A stretch of 64,000 nucleotides of DNA from Vampirovibrionales bacterium (GTDB lineage Bacteria > Cyanobacteriota > Vampirovibrionia > Vampirovibrionales > Vampirovibrionaceae): positions 70,833 through 134,832 of the forward strand of contig JBDIVN010000009.1 of NCBI GenBank assembly GCA_039794365.1, given 5' to 3'. A program made the position numbers and the translations under genes. This document shows positions 1 to 9,426 of the stretch, piece after piece; the first letter of the stretch is position 1; every line of letters begins with the position of its first letter. The notes beneath the pieces are model-generated. The model did not search any database. It saw only the letters and a program-made list of their open reading frames with translations, and was not told where the DNA came from.

Positions 1-120
1 AAGTTTTGGAAGAGATTACCGAAGACAGGGTACTCCCCACTTCTGACCCAGGCAAGTCTGGAATGGAGGCTCTCGCTACTTTTGGGGAGTCATCGGAAAT
101 TCAGTATAATGAGAGGGATT

Positions 121-747
121 ATGACCCTGAAAGTTCACAACGCCGAATTCGTCAAGAGCGCCCCGTCCCTCCGGGACGTGCCAAGCCTGGGCGGGTTGCC
201 GGAGTTCGTCCTCGTCGGGCGCTCCAACGTGGGTAAATCCTCGTTCATCAACACGGTTCTGGGTCGAAAGAACCTGGCCAAAACCTCTAACACCCCCGGA
301 AAGACCCGGCTGCTGAACTATTACCTCATCGATAACAACTGGGTGTTCGTGGATCTGCCCGGCTATGGCTACGCCAAGGTTTCCAAGACCGAGCAGCGGA
401 CGTGGCAGAAAAACTTCGAGGAGTTCCTGAAAAGCCACAAGCCGATCCGGCTGGTCATCCAGCTCATCGACGCCCGCCACGGCCCCCAGGAGTCGGACCG
501 GCAAATGTTCGAATGGCTGGCATTCCATGAATTGCCCCAGATTGTGGTGCTGACCAAGGCGGACAAAATCTCGCGCAACGAACTTTCCCGGCAAGTGGCC
601 CGCTGCGCCAGGGAACTGGCCGTCGATCCGGCCAGCGTCATCGCCTTCTCGGCAACGGAAGGCACCGGCAAAAAGGCGGTGCTGGACATCATTGGCCGGA
701 TGATCAAGCTGCCGGTCGGACCTCCGGGTCCGACGCCCGATCCTTAG
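121..747 (+). CDS. engB: Ribosome biogenesis GTP-binding protein YihA/YsxC
   Basis: G1 GRSNVGKSS, switch TSNTPGKT, G3 DLPGYG, G4 TKADK; start moved to ATG 121 behind GAGAGGGA. Confidence 0.95.
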   Translation: MTLKVHNAEFVKSAPSLRDVPSLGGLPEFVLVGRSNVGKSSFINTVLGRKNLAKTSNTPGKTRLLNYYLIDNNWVFVDLPGYGYAKVSKTEQRTWQKNFEEFLKSHKPIRLVIQLIDARHGPQESDRQMFEWLAFHELPQIVVLTKADKISRNELSRQVARCARELAVDPASVIAFSATEGTGKKAVLDIIGRMIKLPVGPPGPTPDP

Positions 748-826
748 AATGGTTGATTTTTCCCAGCACGTCCGATCGTTATTGGCGAGCCACCCTTATA
801 ATTGAATGAAGTGAAGCGATCGCAAA

Positions 827-1507
827 ATGCCTTTCAGGCTGGAAGAGAGTCCCATGCGTTGTCCCGTATGCGCGGTTGAGGTCGGCAAGGCGCAGCTTAT
901 CTGTGATAACTGCGGCATTCTGCTGATGGACGAGCGCTACCGGCAGCAGATGGAAGCTCAGGAAGGGATGCCGCGAAAGCGATCGTCGCCCGTTCGCAGG
1001 GTGTCGGGAGAGTCTTTGCCGGAAGATGAGGCGACGCCAACCGAAAGCCCCCCACCTTCACTGGAAGATCAATTAAAAGGACAATTGCAGGCCCACCTTC
1101 AGGGGTCATCCGTGCCGGAAACCCAATTGCCTCCACCGGAAGAAGATTTGATGGACCTGCCTCCCACGGATATGTCCGACGTTCCATCACCGCCTCCTGA
1201 TCCGGGAGAGCCGATAGTGACTTACGGCGGACCCGATGCGGATGAACCCGGTGATGACGCTCCACCGCCCGCCAAGGCCAGGGGCGGTCTGCCCCCCATC
1301 TTTACCAGTTTTGTCTTCCTGGCGCTCATGACCCTGTTCGTTCCGTTGGTGCCCCTATTCTTCGCCATCAAGTCCGACTGGGAAAAGCGACGCAAAGTGA
1401 TTTTCATCATGGTCCACCTGTTTTACTGGGGATTGGGCTTCCTCCTTCTCCTCCTGATCGTGATGGCCGTTGTTGGAGCCGCCGCCTCCAGTCCCAGCGT
1501 CATGTAA
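827..1507 (+). CDS. Hypothetical membrane protein: N-terminal zinc ribbon, Pro/acidic linker, two C-terminal TM helices
   Basis: CPVC-x10-CDNC; Pro/Glu/Asp-rich middle; two hydrophobic stretches at the C-terminus. Confidence 0.7.
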   Translation: MPFRLEESPMRCPVCAVEVGKAQLICDNCGILLMDERYRQQMEAQEGMPRKRSSPVRRVSGESLPEDEATPTESPPPSLEDQLKGQLQAHLQGSSVPETQLPPPEEDLMDLPPTDMSDVPSPPPDPGEPIVTYGGPDADEPGDDAPPPAKARGGLPPIFTSFVFLALMTLFVPLVPLFFAIKSDWEKRRKVIFIMVHLFYWGLGFLLLLLIVMAVVGAAASSPSVM

Positions 1508-1521
1508 TTGACGCCCGATCC

Positions 1522-1693
1522 CTAGGTAGAATCGACATTTAATCCGAGTGAGAAGCGCCCTGTCATTCCGGACGCCGATAGCCCTTGAACAAGGGATATG
1601 GGTGAGCCGGAATCCATTGACCGGAAAAACTCGAAATAAATTCCAACGGGAATGACGGCAAATGTTTCAGGTTTAAATGTCGATTTTACCTAG
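1522..1693. mobile_element. MITE-like element, copy 1 (172 bp)
   Basis: Ends CTAGGTAGAATCGACATTT / AAATGTCGATTTTACCTAG (19-bp inverted repeat, 1 mismatch); first 109 nt identical to the reverse complement of 17715-17823; no ORF. Confidence 0.85.
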
Positions 1694-1735
1694 GATTGTC
1701 GCTTGAAGCCGAGGTTCGGGAAGCTGAACGGCTCA

Positions 1736-1764
1736 TTGAAAACGGGGTGCGTTCCGGCTAGGAT
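1736..1764 (+). promoter_or_regulatory. Putative sigma70 promoter of fabI
   Basis: TTGAAA-N17-TAGGAT about 30 nt upstream of the fabI start. Confidence 0.4.
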
Positions 1765-1794
1765 GATACGCGTCAGCTAGCGAGGATTTCATCC

Positions 1795-2625
1795 ATGACG
1801 ACAGAGACCCTGAACAAGCCGGGAACCGATGAAATGACACAGAACGCACTTAAAGGATTACTGGCCGGACAAACCGGCATCATCTTCGGCGTGGCCCACA
1901 AGTCCAGCATCGCATGGGCCATCGCGCAGGCCCTGAGCAACGCCGGGATGCGCCTTGCCTTCACGTACCAGGGCGAACGCCTCGAAAAGAACGTCCGCGA
2001 ACTGGCCGAACCGCTGGAAGGCTCCCTTATCCTGCCCTGCGACGTCACCGACGACGCCCAGCTGGACGCCGTGTTTGCGGCGGTGGGAAAAGAGTTTGGC
2101 CGCCTCGACACGCTGGTCCATAGCGTGGCCTTCGCCAACAAGGACGACCTGGCTGGTGATTTTGTCGATACCTCCCGCGAGGGCTACCTGCTCTCCCAGG
2201 ACATCAGCGCCTACTCGCTGACGGCGATGGCCCGACGTGCCGTGCCCCTGTTCGAGAAATCCGGTGGCGGCAGCATCATCACCCTGACCTATTTAGGCGG
2301 TGAGCGCGTGGTGGAAAACTACAACGTGATGGGCGTGGCGAAAGCGGCCCTCGAAATGAGCGTGCGCTATCTCGCCAAAGATCTCGGACCCAAAAACGTC
2401 CGGGTCAACGCCATTTCCGCCGGACCCATCAAGACGCTGGCGGCTCGCGGCATCTCCGGGTTCTCGAAGATTCTGGAGGAAATGGAACAACGCACCCCGT
2501 TGAAGCGCAACGTCACCGCCGCCGAAGTGGGCGATACGGCCCTGTTTTTGGCCAGCCCCCTGTCGCGCGGCATTACCGGCGAAGTCATCCACGTCGACTC
2601 CGGCTACCACTGCATCGGCTTCTAG
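1795..2625 (+). CDS. fabI: Enoyl-ACP reductase (NADH) FabI
   Basis: GVAHKSSIAWAIA, HSVAFA, YNVMGVAKAALE (YxxxxxxK), VNAISAGPIKTLAA. Confidence 0.96.
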   Translation: MTTETLNKPGTDEMTQNALKGLLAGQTGIIFGVAHKSSIAWAIAQALSNAGMRLAFTYQGERLEKNVRELAEPLEGSLILPCDVTDDAQLDAVFAAVGKEFGRLDTLVHSVAFANKDDLAGDFVDTSREGYLLSQDISAYSLTAMARRAVPLFEKSGGGSIITLTYLGGERVVENYNVMGVAKAALEMSVRYLAKDLGPKNVRVNAISAGPIKTLAARGISGFSKILEEMEQRTPLKRNVTAAEVGDTALFLASPLSRGITGEVIHVDSGYHCIGF

Positions 2626-2644
2626 GCCATATTCAACCGAATTC

Positions 2645-2683
2645 AACAATCCCTCTCCGTTTTCGAAGAGGGTTTGTTGTTTA
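2645..2683 (+). terminator. Putative intrinsic terminator after fabI
   Basis: AACAATCCCTCT...AGAGGGTTTGTT stem followed by a T-rich run. Confidence 0.45.
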
Positions 2684-2776
2684 TGCAGATTTTCGGCTCA
2701 AAACTGAATATATGGCCCGCTAAGTAAGTCTGGTTTGTGTTATGAAATAGATTATGACGTATTCTGGATGGAACCC

Positions 2777-3394
2777 ATGAAAAAGACCGGGTTGTTTTTT
2801 CTTGGAATTATTTTGATCTTGACGATGTTATCCTTCAGCCACTGGTGGGGTTACCATCGGGAAAGTTACCATCGAGGCCATGAGGCATGGAAAAAAGGCG
2901 ATTATAAGCAAGCCGAGATTTTTCTCAAAGAAGGTGCTTCCAGAACAAAGGATCAGGAAGCTTTCATAGATGTTTACTTTTATAACCTCTTATTGCTCTG
3001 CGATACCCAAATGAAACTGGAAAAGTATGATGAAGCCTTGAAAACCTGCCAAGAGGGGCTTTCCGTAGCAGACCGCGCTTACAGGAAAACCAGCGAGCCT
3101 AATGTTGAAATGCTGGCTCAGTCCGGGACCCTGTATATCGAAAGAGGCGAGTTTGATAAGGCTCTTGAAGTTCTCAAGGAGGCGGAACAGTTTTCACATA
3201 CGCATCCTAAAAAACTGGTAGCGATCTATAACGATCTGGGTACGGCATACGCCGGCGAATCCCGGTTTGAGGAATCGAGAGATTCATTTGAGAAAGGCCT
3301 GAAACTGAGCCGGGAGGTTCATGGCGAAAACCATGAACGCACCCGGACAATCCAGAAAAACCTAGGGGATTTAAAAGCAGGGAGATTACAATGA
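2777..3394 (+). CDS. TPR-repeat protein with N-terminal signal/TM anchor
   Basis: MKK + hydrophobic helix; TPR-like helices (LVAIYNDLGTAY...SRDSFEKGLKLSREVHGENH); AT-richer than flanks. Confidence 0.75.
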   Translation: MKKTGLFFLGIILILTMLSFSHWWGYHRESYHRGHEAWKKGDYKQAEIFLKEGASRTKDQEAFIDVYFYNLLLLCDTQMKLEKYDEALKTCQEGLSVADRAYRKTSEPNVEMLAQSGTLYIERGEFDKALEVLKEAEQFSHTHPKKLVAIYNDLGTAYAGESRFEESRDSFEKGLKLSREVHGENHERTRTIQKNLGDLKAGRLQ

Positions 3395-4236
3395 AAAAAA
3401 CACTGGTTATTGCTGTCTTTTTGAGTTGGTGTCTGGCCGGATGCACTTTTGCCGCTTCTCCAAATAACGATGGGGCGGGTGCTTCCTCGCAAACCCTGGA
3501 AAACTTCTGGCCGGAGGAAACCAAAGAGGCTGTCGGCCGACAGGATTACCGGGAGGCTTATAAAATTCTACAGGTACATCAGGAGCGCTTGAAGGGACAG
3601 CCTGAAAAACGTCTGGAGCATATCACGATTTTAGGGATGCTGGGGCAGGCTTCAAGCAGTTTTCAGGAAACAGACAAGAGCAGACAGTATTTTCTGGATG
3701 CACTTTCCGAAGTTGACGGACTGAAGAATCTGACACCATATGAAACCGGTTACCTGGAAGGCTTTTTAGCCAATGAGAATTTTCAAAAGTCCCAAGGTAA
3801 AACGAATACAGTTCAATACCAGCAGCAACTTATCGATTTGCTTCGGGCAAAGCTTTTGGTCGCTTCTGCGGAAGCGGATTACCGGATGAAAAAGCTTGAG
3901 TCCGCTTATCAATTGGCTCAGAAAGCCCATGAGATTTTCACCAGATACCCGGACAGTAATCTTATTGCATACCAGGATCTGATGGCTGTCCATCGGCTCA
4001 TGGCGGAGTGGTCCAAGGACCACTCCGATTACCCGCAAGCCGAAAGCCATGTAAAGCAGGCCATTGAAGTCATCAACAAGTGTCATTGTGATGGCGATCA
4101 ATCTGTTATGAACGCATTGCAGGAGTCGCTTGCCTTCGTGAAGTACCATTCCGGTGATCAGGAACAGGCCTTCCAAATCATCAAGCAGCTCCACCCGGAG
4201 TTAACGGATGATCAGCTTTATCAATGGTTTAATTGA
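3391..4236 (+). CDS. Putative alpha-helical (TPR-like) lipoprotein
   Basis: MKK + hydrophobic stretch + LAGC lipobox; 4-nt ATGA overlap with the upstream gene. Confidence 0.65.
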   Translation: MKKTLVIAVFLSWCLAGCTFAASPNNDGAGASSQTLENFWPEETKEAVGRQDYREAYKILQVHQERLKGQPEKRLEHITILGMLGQASSSFQETDKSRQYFLDALSEVDGLKNLTPYETGYLEGFLANENFQKSQGKTNTVQYQQQLIDLLRAKLLVASAEADYRMKKLESAYQLAQKAHEIFTRYPDSNLIAYQDLMAVHRLMAEWSKDHSDYPQAESHVKQAIEVINKCHCDGDQSVMNALQESLAFVKYHSGDQEQAFQIIKQLHPELTDDQLYQWFN

Positions 4237-4238
4237 GG

Positions 4239-5279
4239 CTACCTTTTTCGGGGAGATGGAGAAGCCCCTCTTCTTCTGAAACCTCCAGAATGGTTTCCAC
4301 CTCCAGGCGGTGTCCGGAATGGACTCCATAGAGGCTGGTCATCAGTAAATAAATTCCAAATTATTTTATGCTTTTGGCCTTCAAGTTCACCTTTGCGCCG
4401 AAGTTCTTCTTCCTCTTCTGTTTTTGGTGGAGCAAAGTAGGGCTGTCCGGTCAAACCATTAAGATAACCTGCATGAACAGGATCCTGATGCTGCTTTTCA
4501 ATATCCCTGATCCTTTGTTGGTGCCATTTTTCATTTGAAACAGGAACCCGGTTTCTAGCGTCCCATGAGTCTTCCGGATCAGGGGCTTCATTGCCGTAGT
4601 ATTTCTTTAACTTTTCTCTCCTGTATTCTTCTTCCCTGCGCTGTTTTTCTAATGCCTCTTGTCTAGCGGTTTTATGCCTTGCATGACGCTCGGCTGCTCC
4701 CCCAATAAACTGATACCCAGCCCCGCTTTCACCGCGAGGGCGGCTGCCGATGGGGGTGTTGGTGGGGTTGGGAGGGCCATTGTCAGCCTGGGCAATTTGA
4801 AGCGGCGGGGATTCTTCCTGCAACTTTTTATCCAGTTGCTTGATTTCCGGCGGCGTCATAAAGCGGTCCCTGTCTGCGAAAAAGTCGTGCTCTTTTCGCA
4901 TGAGAACAGGGCCTTGAGCCTTGGGAAAGGCCGTTCCCTTGTACTCGAAAGTTTCGCCGACTGGATCCTGGGCGGTTTCGGCAAGATGGCGGGCGAAGTC
5001 GTTCTGACCCAAAACGTCGCGAAGCTGGCTGCGGGCCGTATCGACGCTGTCACGCTCTGCCGGATCGCTCGTCTGGAACTTGGCCAGATCGAAGGCATGG
5101 TCCAGTTGTTTTAGGCCTTTTTCCGGAAGGCGCCTTCCCTGTTCGATTTCCTGAAACAGGTCGATACGGCCTTCGATGGGATCGTTGTAAAATGCCGCAT
5201 CCCGGATGGATTGGGGTGAACACCATTGTCGTGAATGTCCTCCAATTAAGGGCTTATTCACTATGACATCGGTTTTCAA
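4239..5279 (-). CDS. Hypothetical protein with GC-rich N-half and AT-rich C-half (polymorphic toxin/effector-like)
   Basis: 346-codon ORF; composition switch near 4680; start uncertain. Confidence 0.55.
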   Translation of the reverse strand: MKTDVIVNKPLIGGHSRQWCSPQSIRDAAFYNDPIEGRIDLFQEIEQGRRLPEKGLKQLDHAFDLAKFQTSDPAERDSVDTARSQLRDVLGQNDFARHLAETAQDPVGETFEYKGTAFPKAQGPVLMRKEHDFFADRDRFMTPPEIKQLDKKLQEESPPLQIAQADNGPPNPTNTPIGSRPRGESGAGYQFIGGAAERHARHKTARQEALEKQRREEEYRREKLKKYYGNEAPDPEDSWDARNRVPVSNEKWHQQRIRDIEKQHQDPVHAGYLNGLTGQPYFAPPKTEEEEELRRKGELEGQKHKIIWNLFTDDQPLWSPFRTPPGGGNHSGGFRRRGASPSPRKR

Positions 5280-5386
5280 AAAACCATAGAGAACAACTTT
5301 TATGATCGCTGAAACGCTTTGACCTAAATTATTTCAACGATAAATTTGTTTTTACAAATCTTCATGAACGGGCCAAACATGGCAGT

Positions 5387-5412
5387 GGATTCCCGCCTTC
5401 GCGGGAATGACG
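5387..5412. repeat. CGTC-type REP-like palindrome
   Basis: GGATTCCCGCCTTCGCGGGAATGACG; related copies at 13158-13180 and 15251-15275 and inside both MITEs. Confidence 0.7.
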
Positions 5413-5652
5413 CATGCGGGAATAGCAAACAGGCAAGGTTACATTGTTTTATACCCGATAATCGGGTTCTTTTTGCCGGAAGTTTCGTGGCAGGGTGGGT
5501 ATGGAGAATGCGTTGCATCGGGTTGTACGCATGGGCTTGACCCTGTCTTCGGGTTGTGGGTGAATAGCTTTCACGACGACTGTAGCATTTTATTTGTTTT
5601 TTCAGTCTTCGGGTAAATAACAGGTCGTTTGGGGTGTAACAAGGAGCATCTG

Positions 5653-8600
5653 ATGATTACAGGGAATCAGGGTGTTGCGGGACGCTACGGGCTGCGCTCG
5701 CAGGCAGGACAAAACACGTTTAAACAGGATGCCAGCAGGGGGAACCGGTTTGCGGCAATGTTGCCGGCAGCGGATACGGTGCATTTTTCCGGGACCCGGC
5801 AAAGACAAAAGAGCATGGCCACCCGGTTGGGAGTGCCGGTCGTGGCGATGATGGCAGCCTTGTTCGCCCCCGACGCGCTCAATGGCAAAGGTAATGCATT
5901 CAACCTGCCCGGCACTGCGCAGGCCACTGAGGCGCCGGTAACGAATGACGTGACGGTACCGCTTTCGCCGGAATTGATGGCGTTGGATGCGCAGTATCCG
6001 GAACTGACGTTCCAGAAGCTCAAAAGCGGCGAGATTTATATCAGGCGCGATGACGGCTACCAGCTCTACATTCTCTCAAGGCCTGATATGAACGAGGTGA
6101 ACCTGCATACCTATGTCACCGTCGGGGCGGCCAACGAAACACCGTGCCATGATCCGGCCAAAGCCTGCACTCGCGGCGCGTCGCACTATGCCGAGCATAT
6201 GATCTTCGAAGGCACCGATGACATGCCGTTGCCGGGGCAGATCACCAGCCGTCTCGATTATCTCGGCGTCAAGCACAATGCCTTTACCAGCTACGATCAG
6301 ACCGGCTACTTCATGCGGATGCTCCCCGAAGTCTTTGACGAGGTGTTTGCCATGCATGCGGGCATGCTGACGGATTCCACATACCCAGAAGAAGCCTACC
6401 TCTCGGAAATGGGGGCCATTCAGCAGGAAATTTCCCAGCGTGCGGGGGTGGGGCTGGAATTCATGAACCGCTACAACAGGCTGCGTTATGGGACGGAGCA
6501 TCCTTATTCAGACGGTGTGGGCGGCCCGCTGTGGAACGTGGAGCGCCTGAGCCGGGATTTCCTGATGGATCACAACCATTACTGGTACCAGCCGGAGAAC
6601 TTCGTCACCATTGTGGCCGGGAATGTGGACGTGGCCGATGTTGTGAACAAGGTGCAGAGGTATTATGCGCCGGAGAAGTTTCCGGAGATTCCGGCGAGGT
6701 ACGAGCCGGTGAAGCCGGGCAAGGCACCGGTGCCGCAGGCCACGCAGGTTGATATTTTTGAACAGCCCCTGCTGGCAGGGGCCGGAACGGCGACCCTGAA
6801 AATGGGTTTCAACGGCCCCACGTGGGATAACCCGGAGGATGTCGTCGCCATGCGCATAGCCATGATGATGCTTGGCGGCGTGGCTGATTCCTGGCTGGAC
6901 CGGGAGCTTAAATTCGACCAGCAGGTGGTGGATTCCGTCGGCGCATATTTGAACCCGCAGCGTTACGGCGGCGAATCGGTGATCAGTGCCGAGTTCGACC
7001 CGAAGAACTTCGACGCGGTCCGCGACGGCATCCTGCAACAACTCCAGCGTCTGCGTGCCGGGGATGTCTCTGAAGCCGAACTCGATGCCATTAAAACGTA
7101 TTTTGCCAAAGGCGAACGACTGGGCAACGAAGACCTGCTCTCCTTTGCGCAAAGTCTTGGCCAATACCGGACCGAAGGCGGTCCCAACGACCTGTGGGTG
7201 AATTTCCTTGAGCGTGTTGACAGCATGACGGTCGAGGATGTGCAGCGGGTTGCCAGACAGTATCTGAATTATAACGAGCTGACGCTGATGGCCATGGTGC
7301 CGCCGGAAACACTGGATGTGGCGGCGGTAAACGCCGAGACGCTGGCGGCGATTGAAAAGACTGCGGCGCAACCCTTGGAGGAAGTTCCGCGGCAGGCGCC
7401 GACGGCGAACGGAAAGCAGATCATCGATATGCCGCTAAATAACGGCTCAAGGCTTTTTGCATACGTGGACCCGGCTGCTGAGACTGTCAGCCTGAAGATC
7501 ATTATCCGGGGCAGCGTCAATACGGAAGAGGTGCCGGCGACGGCGGCGATTCTGCGCCGGGTGATGGGGCAGGGCACGGCCAATCGCTCCGAGGCCGAAC
7601 TGAAACAGGAACTCAGCCGAAACCGGATGTCACTGTCCGTGGATGCCAATTCGAATTATCTGACCCTCAATGCCAGCGCCCTGAAAGAAGATCTCGGCGA
7701 GCTGCTGCTGCTGGTGCAGGACGTGCTGGCCAACCCGGATCTTGATCCGCAGAAGATCGAAGCGACCCGCAGCCGTTTCGAACGCGGAATCCGGCAGCAG
7801 GATGCCACGCAGCCCATGACGGTGGCCTTCCAGAATATGCGCGAGGCACTCTTTGCGGAGCATCGCTACGGGCGCACCAAGGAACAGCTGTACGACGGCA
7901 TTGCCCAGATCAATGCGGAGACGCTAAGACAGTACCATCGGGATCACTTCGTCCCGGAAAACATGCTGATCACGGCAGCCGGAAATGTGGATGCCGGCGA
8001 ACTGGCCAACCGGCTGGAAACCATTCTGCCCGGCTGGCTGAATGACCGTTCGGCGCTGGCGGGCAATCCACTGGAAGCCATTGACGGCGTTGCACCGCTG
8101 ACCGAGGATAAAACCGTGGTGACGGCAATGAAAACGCCGCTCCCGCAGGTGGCCATCGTTCAGGGCTGGCAGGTTCCGATGGGCAGCGAGGCGGATCACT
8201 TTGCCCTGACGGTTCTCGATGCCGTGCTCAGCAGCGGATTCGATTCCATTCTTTCCCGCGAGTTGCGGGGAGGGGAGGAAGGACTCGTCTATGGCGCTTC
8301 TTCAAGTTATATGAGTCAGCCCGGTACGGGCATGTTTTCCTTCAGCACTATCACGCGTCCGCAGAATCAGGACAGGGTGCTGGCCGCGCTGGCTGAGATC
8401 ACGGATCGGATGCAGCAGGCGCCGCTGGCCGAGGAGGATTTGGAGCGGGCCAAAAACCAGATTCTCAGCAGCTGGTACCTTGGCCAGAACTCCAACGATG
8501 CCGTTGCCGGTTTGATTGGCGATTTGGAAGTGATGGGCCAGGGGCGCGGCTATATGGAGCGCTTCCCGGAAGCTATCCGGGGCGTGACCGGGGAGCAGGT

Positions 8601-8676
8601 ACAGGAAGTGGCTCGCCGTCTGTTTTCACAGCCTAAGGTTACGTCACTCGTGGTACCGGAGGAAGACCGGCCCTGA
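5653..8676 (+). CDS. M16 (pitrilysin/insulinase) family zinc peptidase, two M16 halves fused, with N-terminal extension
   Basis: Inverted zinc motif HYAEH, NAFTSYDQTGY; second half lacks HxxEH; AAGGAG RBS before ATG 5653. Confidence 0.9.
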   Translation: MITGNQGVAGRYGLRSQAGQNTFKQDASRGNRFAAMLPAADTVHFSGTRQRQKSMATRLGVPVVAMMAALFAPDALNGKGNAFNLPGTAQATEAPVTNDVTVPLSPELMALDAQYPELTFQKLKSGEIYIRRDDGYQLYILSRPDMNEVNLHTYVTVGAANETPCHDPAKACTRGASHYAEHMIFEGTDDMPLPGQITSRLDYLGVKHNAFTSYDQTGYFMRMLPEVFDEVFAMHAGMLTDSTYPEEAYLSEMGAIQQEISQRAGVGLEFMNRYNRLRYGTEHPYSDGVGGPLWNVERLSRDFLMDHNHYWYQPENFVTIVAGNVDVADVVNKVQRYYAPEKFPEIPARYEPVKPGKAPVPQATQVDIFEQPLLAGAGTATLKMGFNGPTWDNPEDVVAMRIAMMMLGGVADSWLDRELKFDQQVVDSVGAYLNPQRYGGESVISAEFDPKNFDAVRDGILQQLQRLRAGDVSEAELDAIKTYFAKGERLGNEDLLSFAQSLGQYRTEGGPNDLWVNFLERVDSMTVEDVQRVARQYLNYNELTLMAMVPPETLDVAAVNAETLAAIEKTAAQPLEEVPRQAPTANGKQIIDMPLNNGSRLFAYVDPAAETVSLKIIIRGSVNTEEVPATAAILRRVMGQGTANRSEAELKQELSRNRMSLSVDANSNYLTLNASALKEDLGELLLLVQDVLANPDLDPQKIEATRSRFERGIRQQDATQPMTVAFQNMREALFAEHRYGRTKEQLYDGIAQINAETLRQYHRDHFVPENMLITAAGNVDAGELANRLETILPGWLNDRSALAGNPLEAIDGVAPLTEDKTVVTAMKTPLPQVAIVQGWQVPMGSEADHFALTVLDAVLSSGFDSILSRELRGGEEGLVYGASSSYMSQPGTGMFSFSTITRPQNQDRVLAALAEITDRMQQAPLAEEDLERAKNQILSSWYLGQNSNDAVAGLIGDLEVMGQGRGYMERFPEAIRGVTGEQVQEVARRLFSQPKVTSLVVPEEDRP

Positions 8677-8828
8677 CAGGACCGGCGCATTCTTCAACGG
8701 CTTGCGTAAGATAACCGGGCGGCTGGGCTGCTCGGAAAAGTGGCGTAGGCCGGGATACTCCGGAGTGGGATGGCGTCAGGGTCTGAATACCCTATATTTA
8801 AAGGAGAGACAACGAGGAGGACGGATTT

Positions 8829-9200
8829 ATGAAGCTCCTTTCCGCAAAACCGCACGGCGTGCTGGATTATGTTGTCGGCTTACTTTTGCTGATTTCTCCC
8901 TGGCTTTTCGGGTTCAATGACGTATCGATGGCTGCGACGTACACGATGGTTGTCATTGGTTTCGTGGCCCTTGCCCTGAGCCTGCTGACCAACTATCCCC
9001 TGGGTCTTATCAAGATGGTGCCCTTCCCGGTCCATGGAATAATCGAAACCATCGGCGCCATTGCGCTGCTGATCTCGCCTTGGGTATTCGGGTTTGCGCA
9101 GTTCGAGGGCGCCCGGAACCTGGCGTTCATTGTGGCCATCGCCTGGCTTGCTGTTGTCGTTCTCACCGATTACCGGACTTACGAGACAGCCCATCGATGA
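8829..9200 (+). CDS. SPW-repeat integral membrane protein
   Basis: Two ISPWxFGF repeats, four TM helices, GAGGAGG RBS. Confidence 0.85.
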   Translation: MKLLSAKPHGVLDYVVGLLLLISPWLFGFNDVSMAATYTMVVIGFVALALSLLTNYPLGLIKMVPFPVHGIIETIGAIALLISPWVFGFAQFEGARNLAFIVAIAWLAVVVLTDYRTYETAHR

Positions 9201-9233
9201 CAGCCTGAAAGTAAAAGACTGGAAAAATCCATC

Positions 9234-9272
9234 AAAACAGCCTGTGCCTTGATAAGGAGGTCAGGCTGTTTT
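9234..9272. terminator. Intrinsic (likely bidirectional) terminator
   Basis: AAAACAGCCTG-loop-CAGGCTGTTTT. Confidence 0.65.
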
Positions 9273-9426
9273 GGCGTATGCGGAGGGAGGCAGGTATCGC
9301 AGGAAGTTATGAGATACCCCCTCATTCTGTTTATTAAACAATAGAATGAGGGGAACTTGATTCATGAGCCATGTTTCGGGTTGAATAAATGTTTTCAGAT
9401 ACCAGGTACAAAGGAAAGAGCCGAAA

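Noticed and set aside
5215-5250. Possible extra C near 5222 that would put ATG 5228 (behind GGAGGA) in frame with ORF 4239..5279
   Set aside because: The frame is open without it via upstream TTG/GTG starts; cannot be decided without reads.
5434-5461. Sigma28-like promoters (CAAG..CCCGATAA at 5434-5461; TAAA-N14-TCCGAT upstream of the nuclease) as a shared regulon of F(S)G-leader genes
   Set aside because: Spacing is inconsistent and there is no match upstream of the other three genes.
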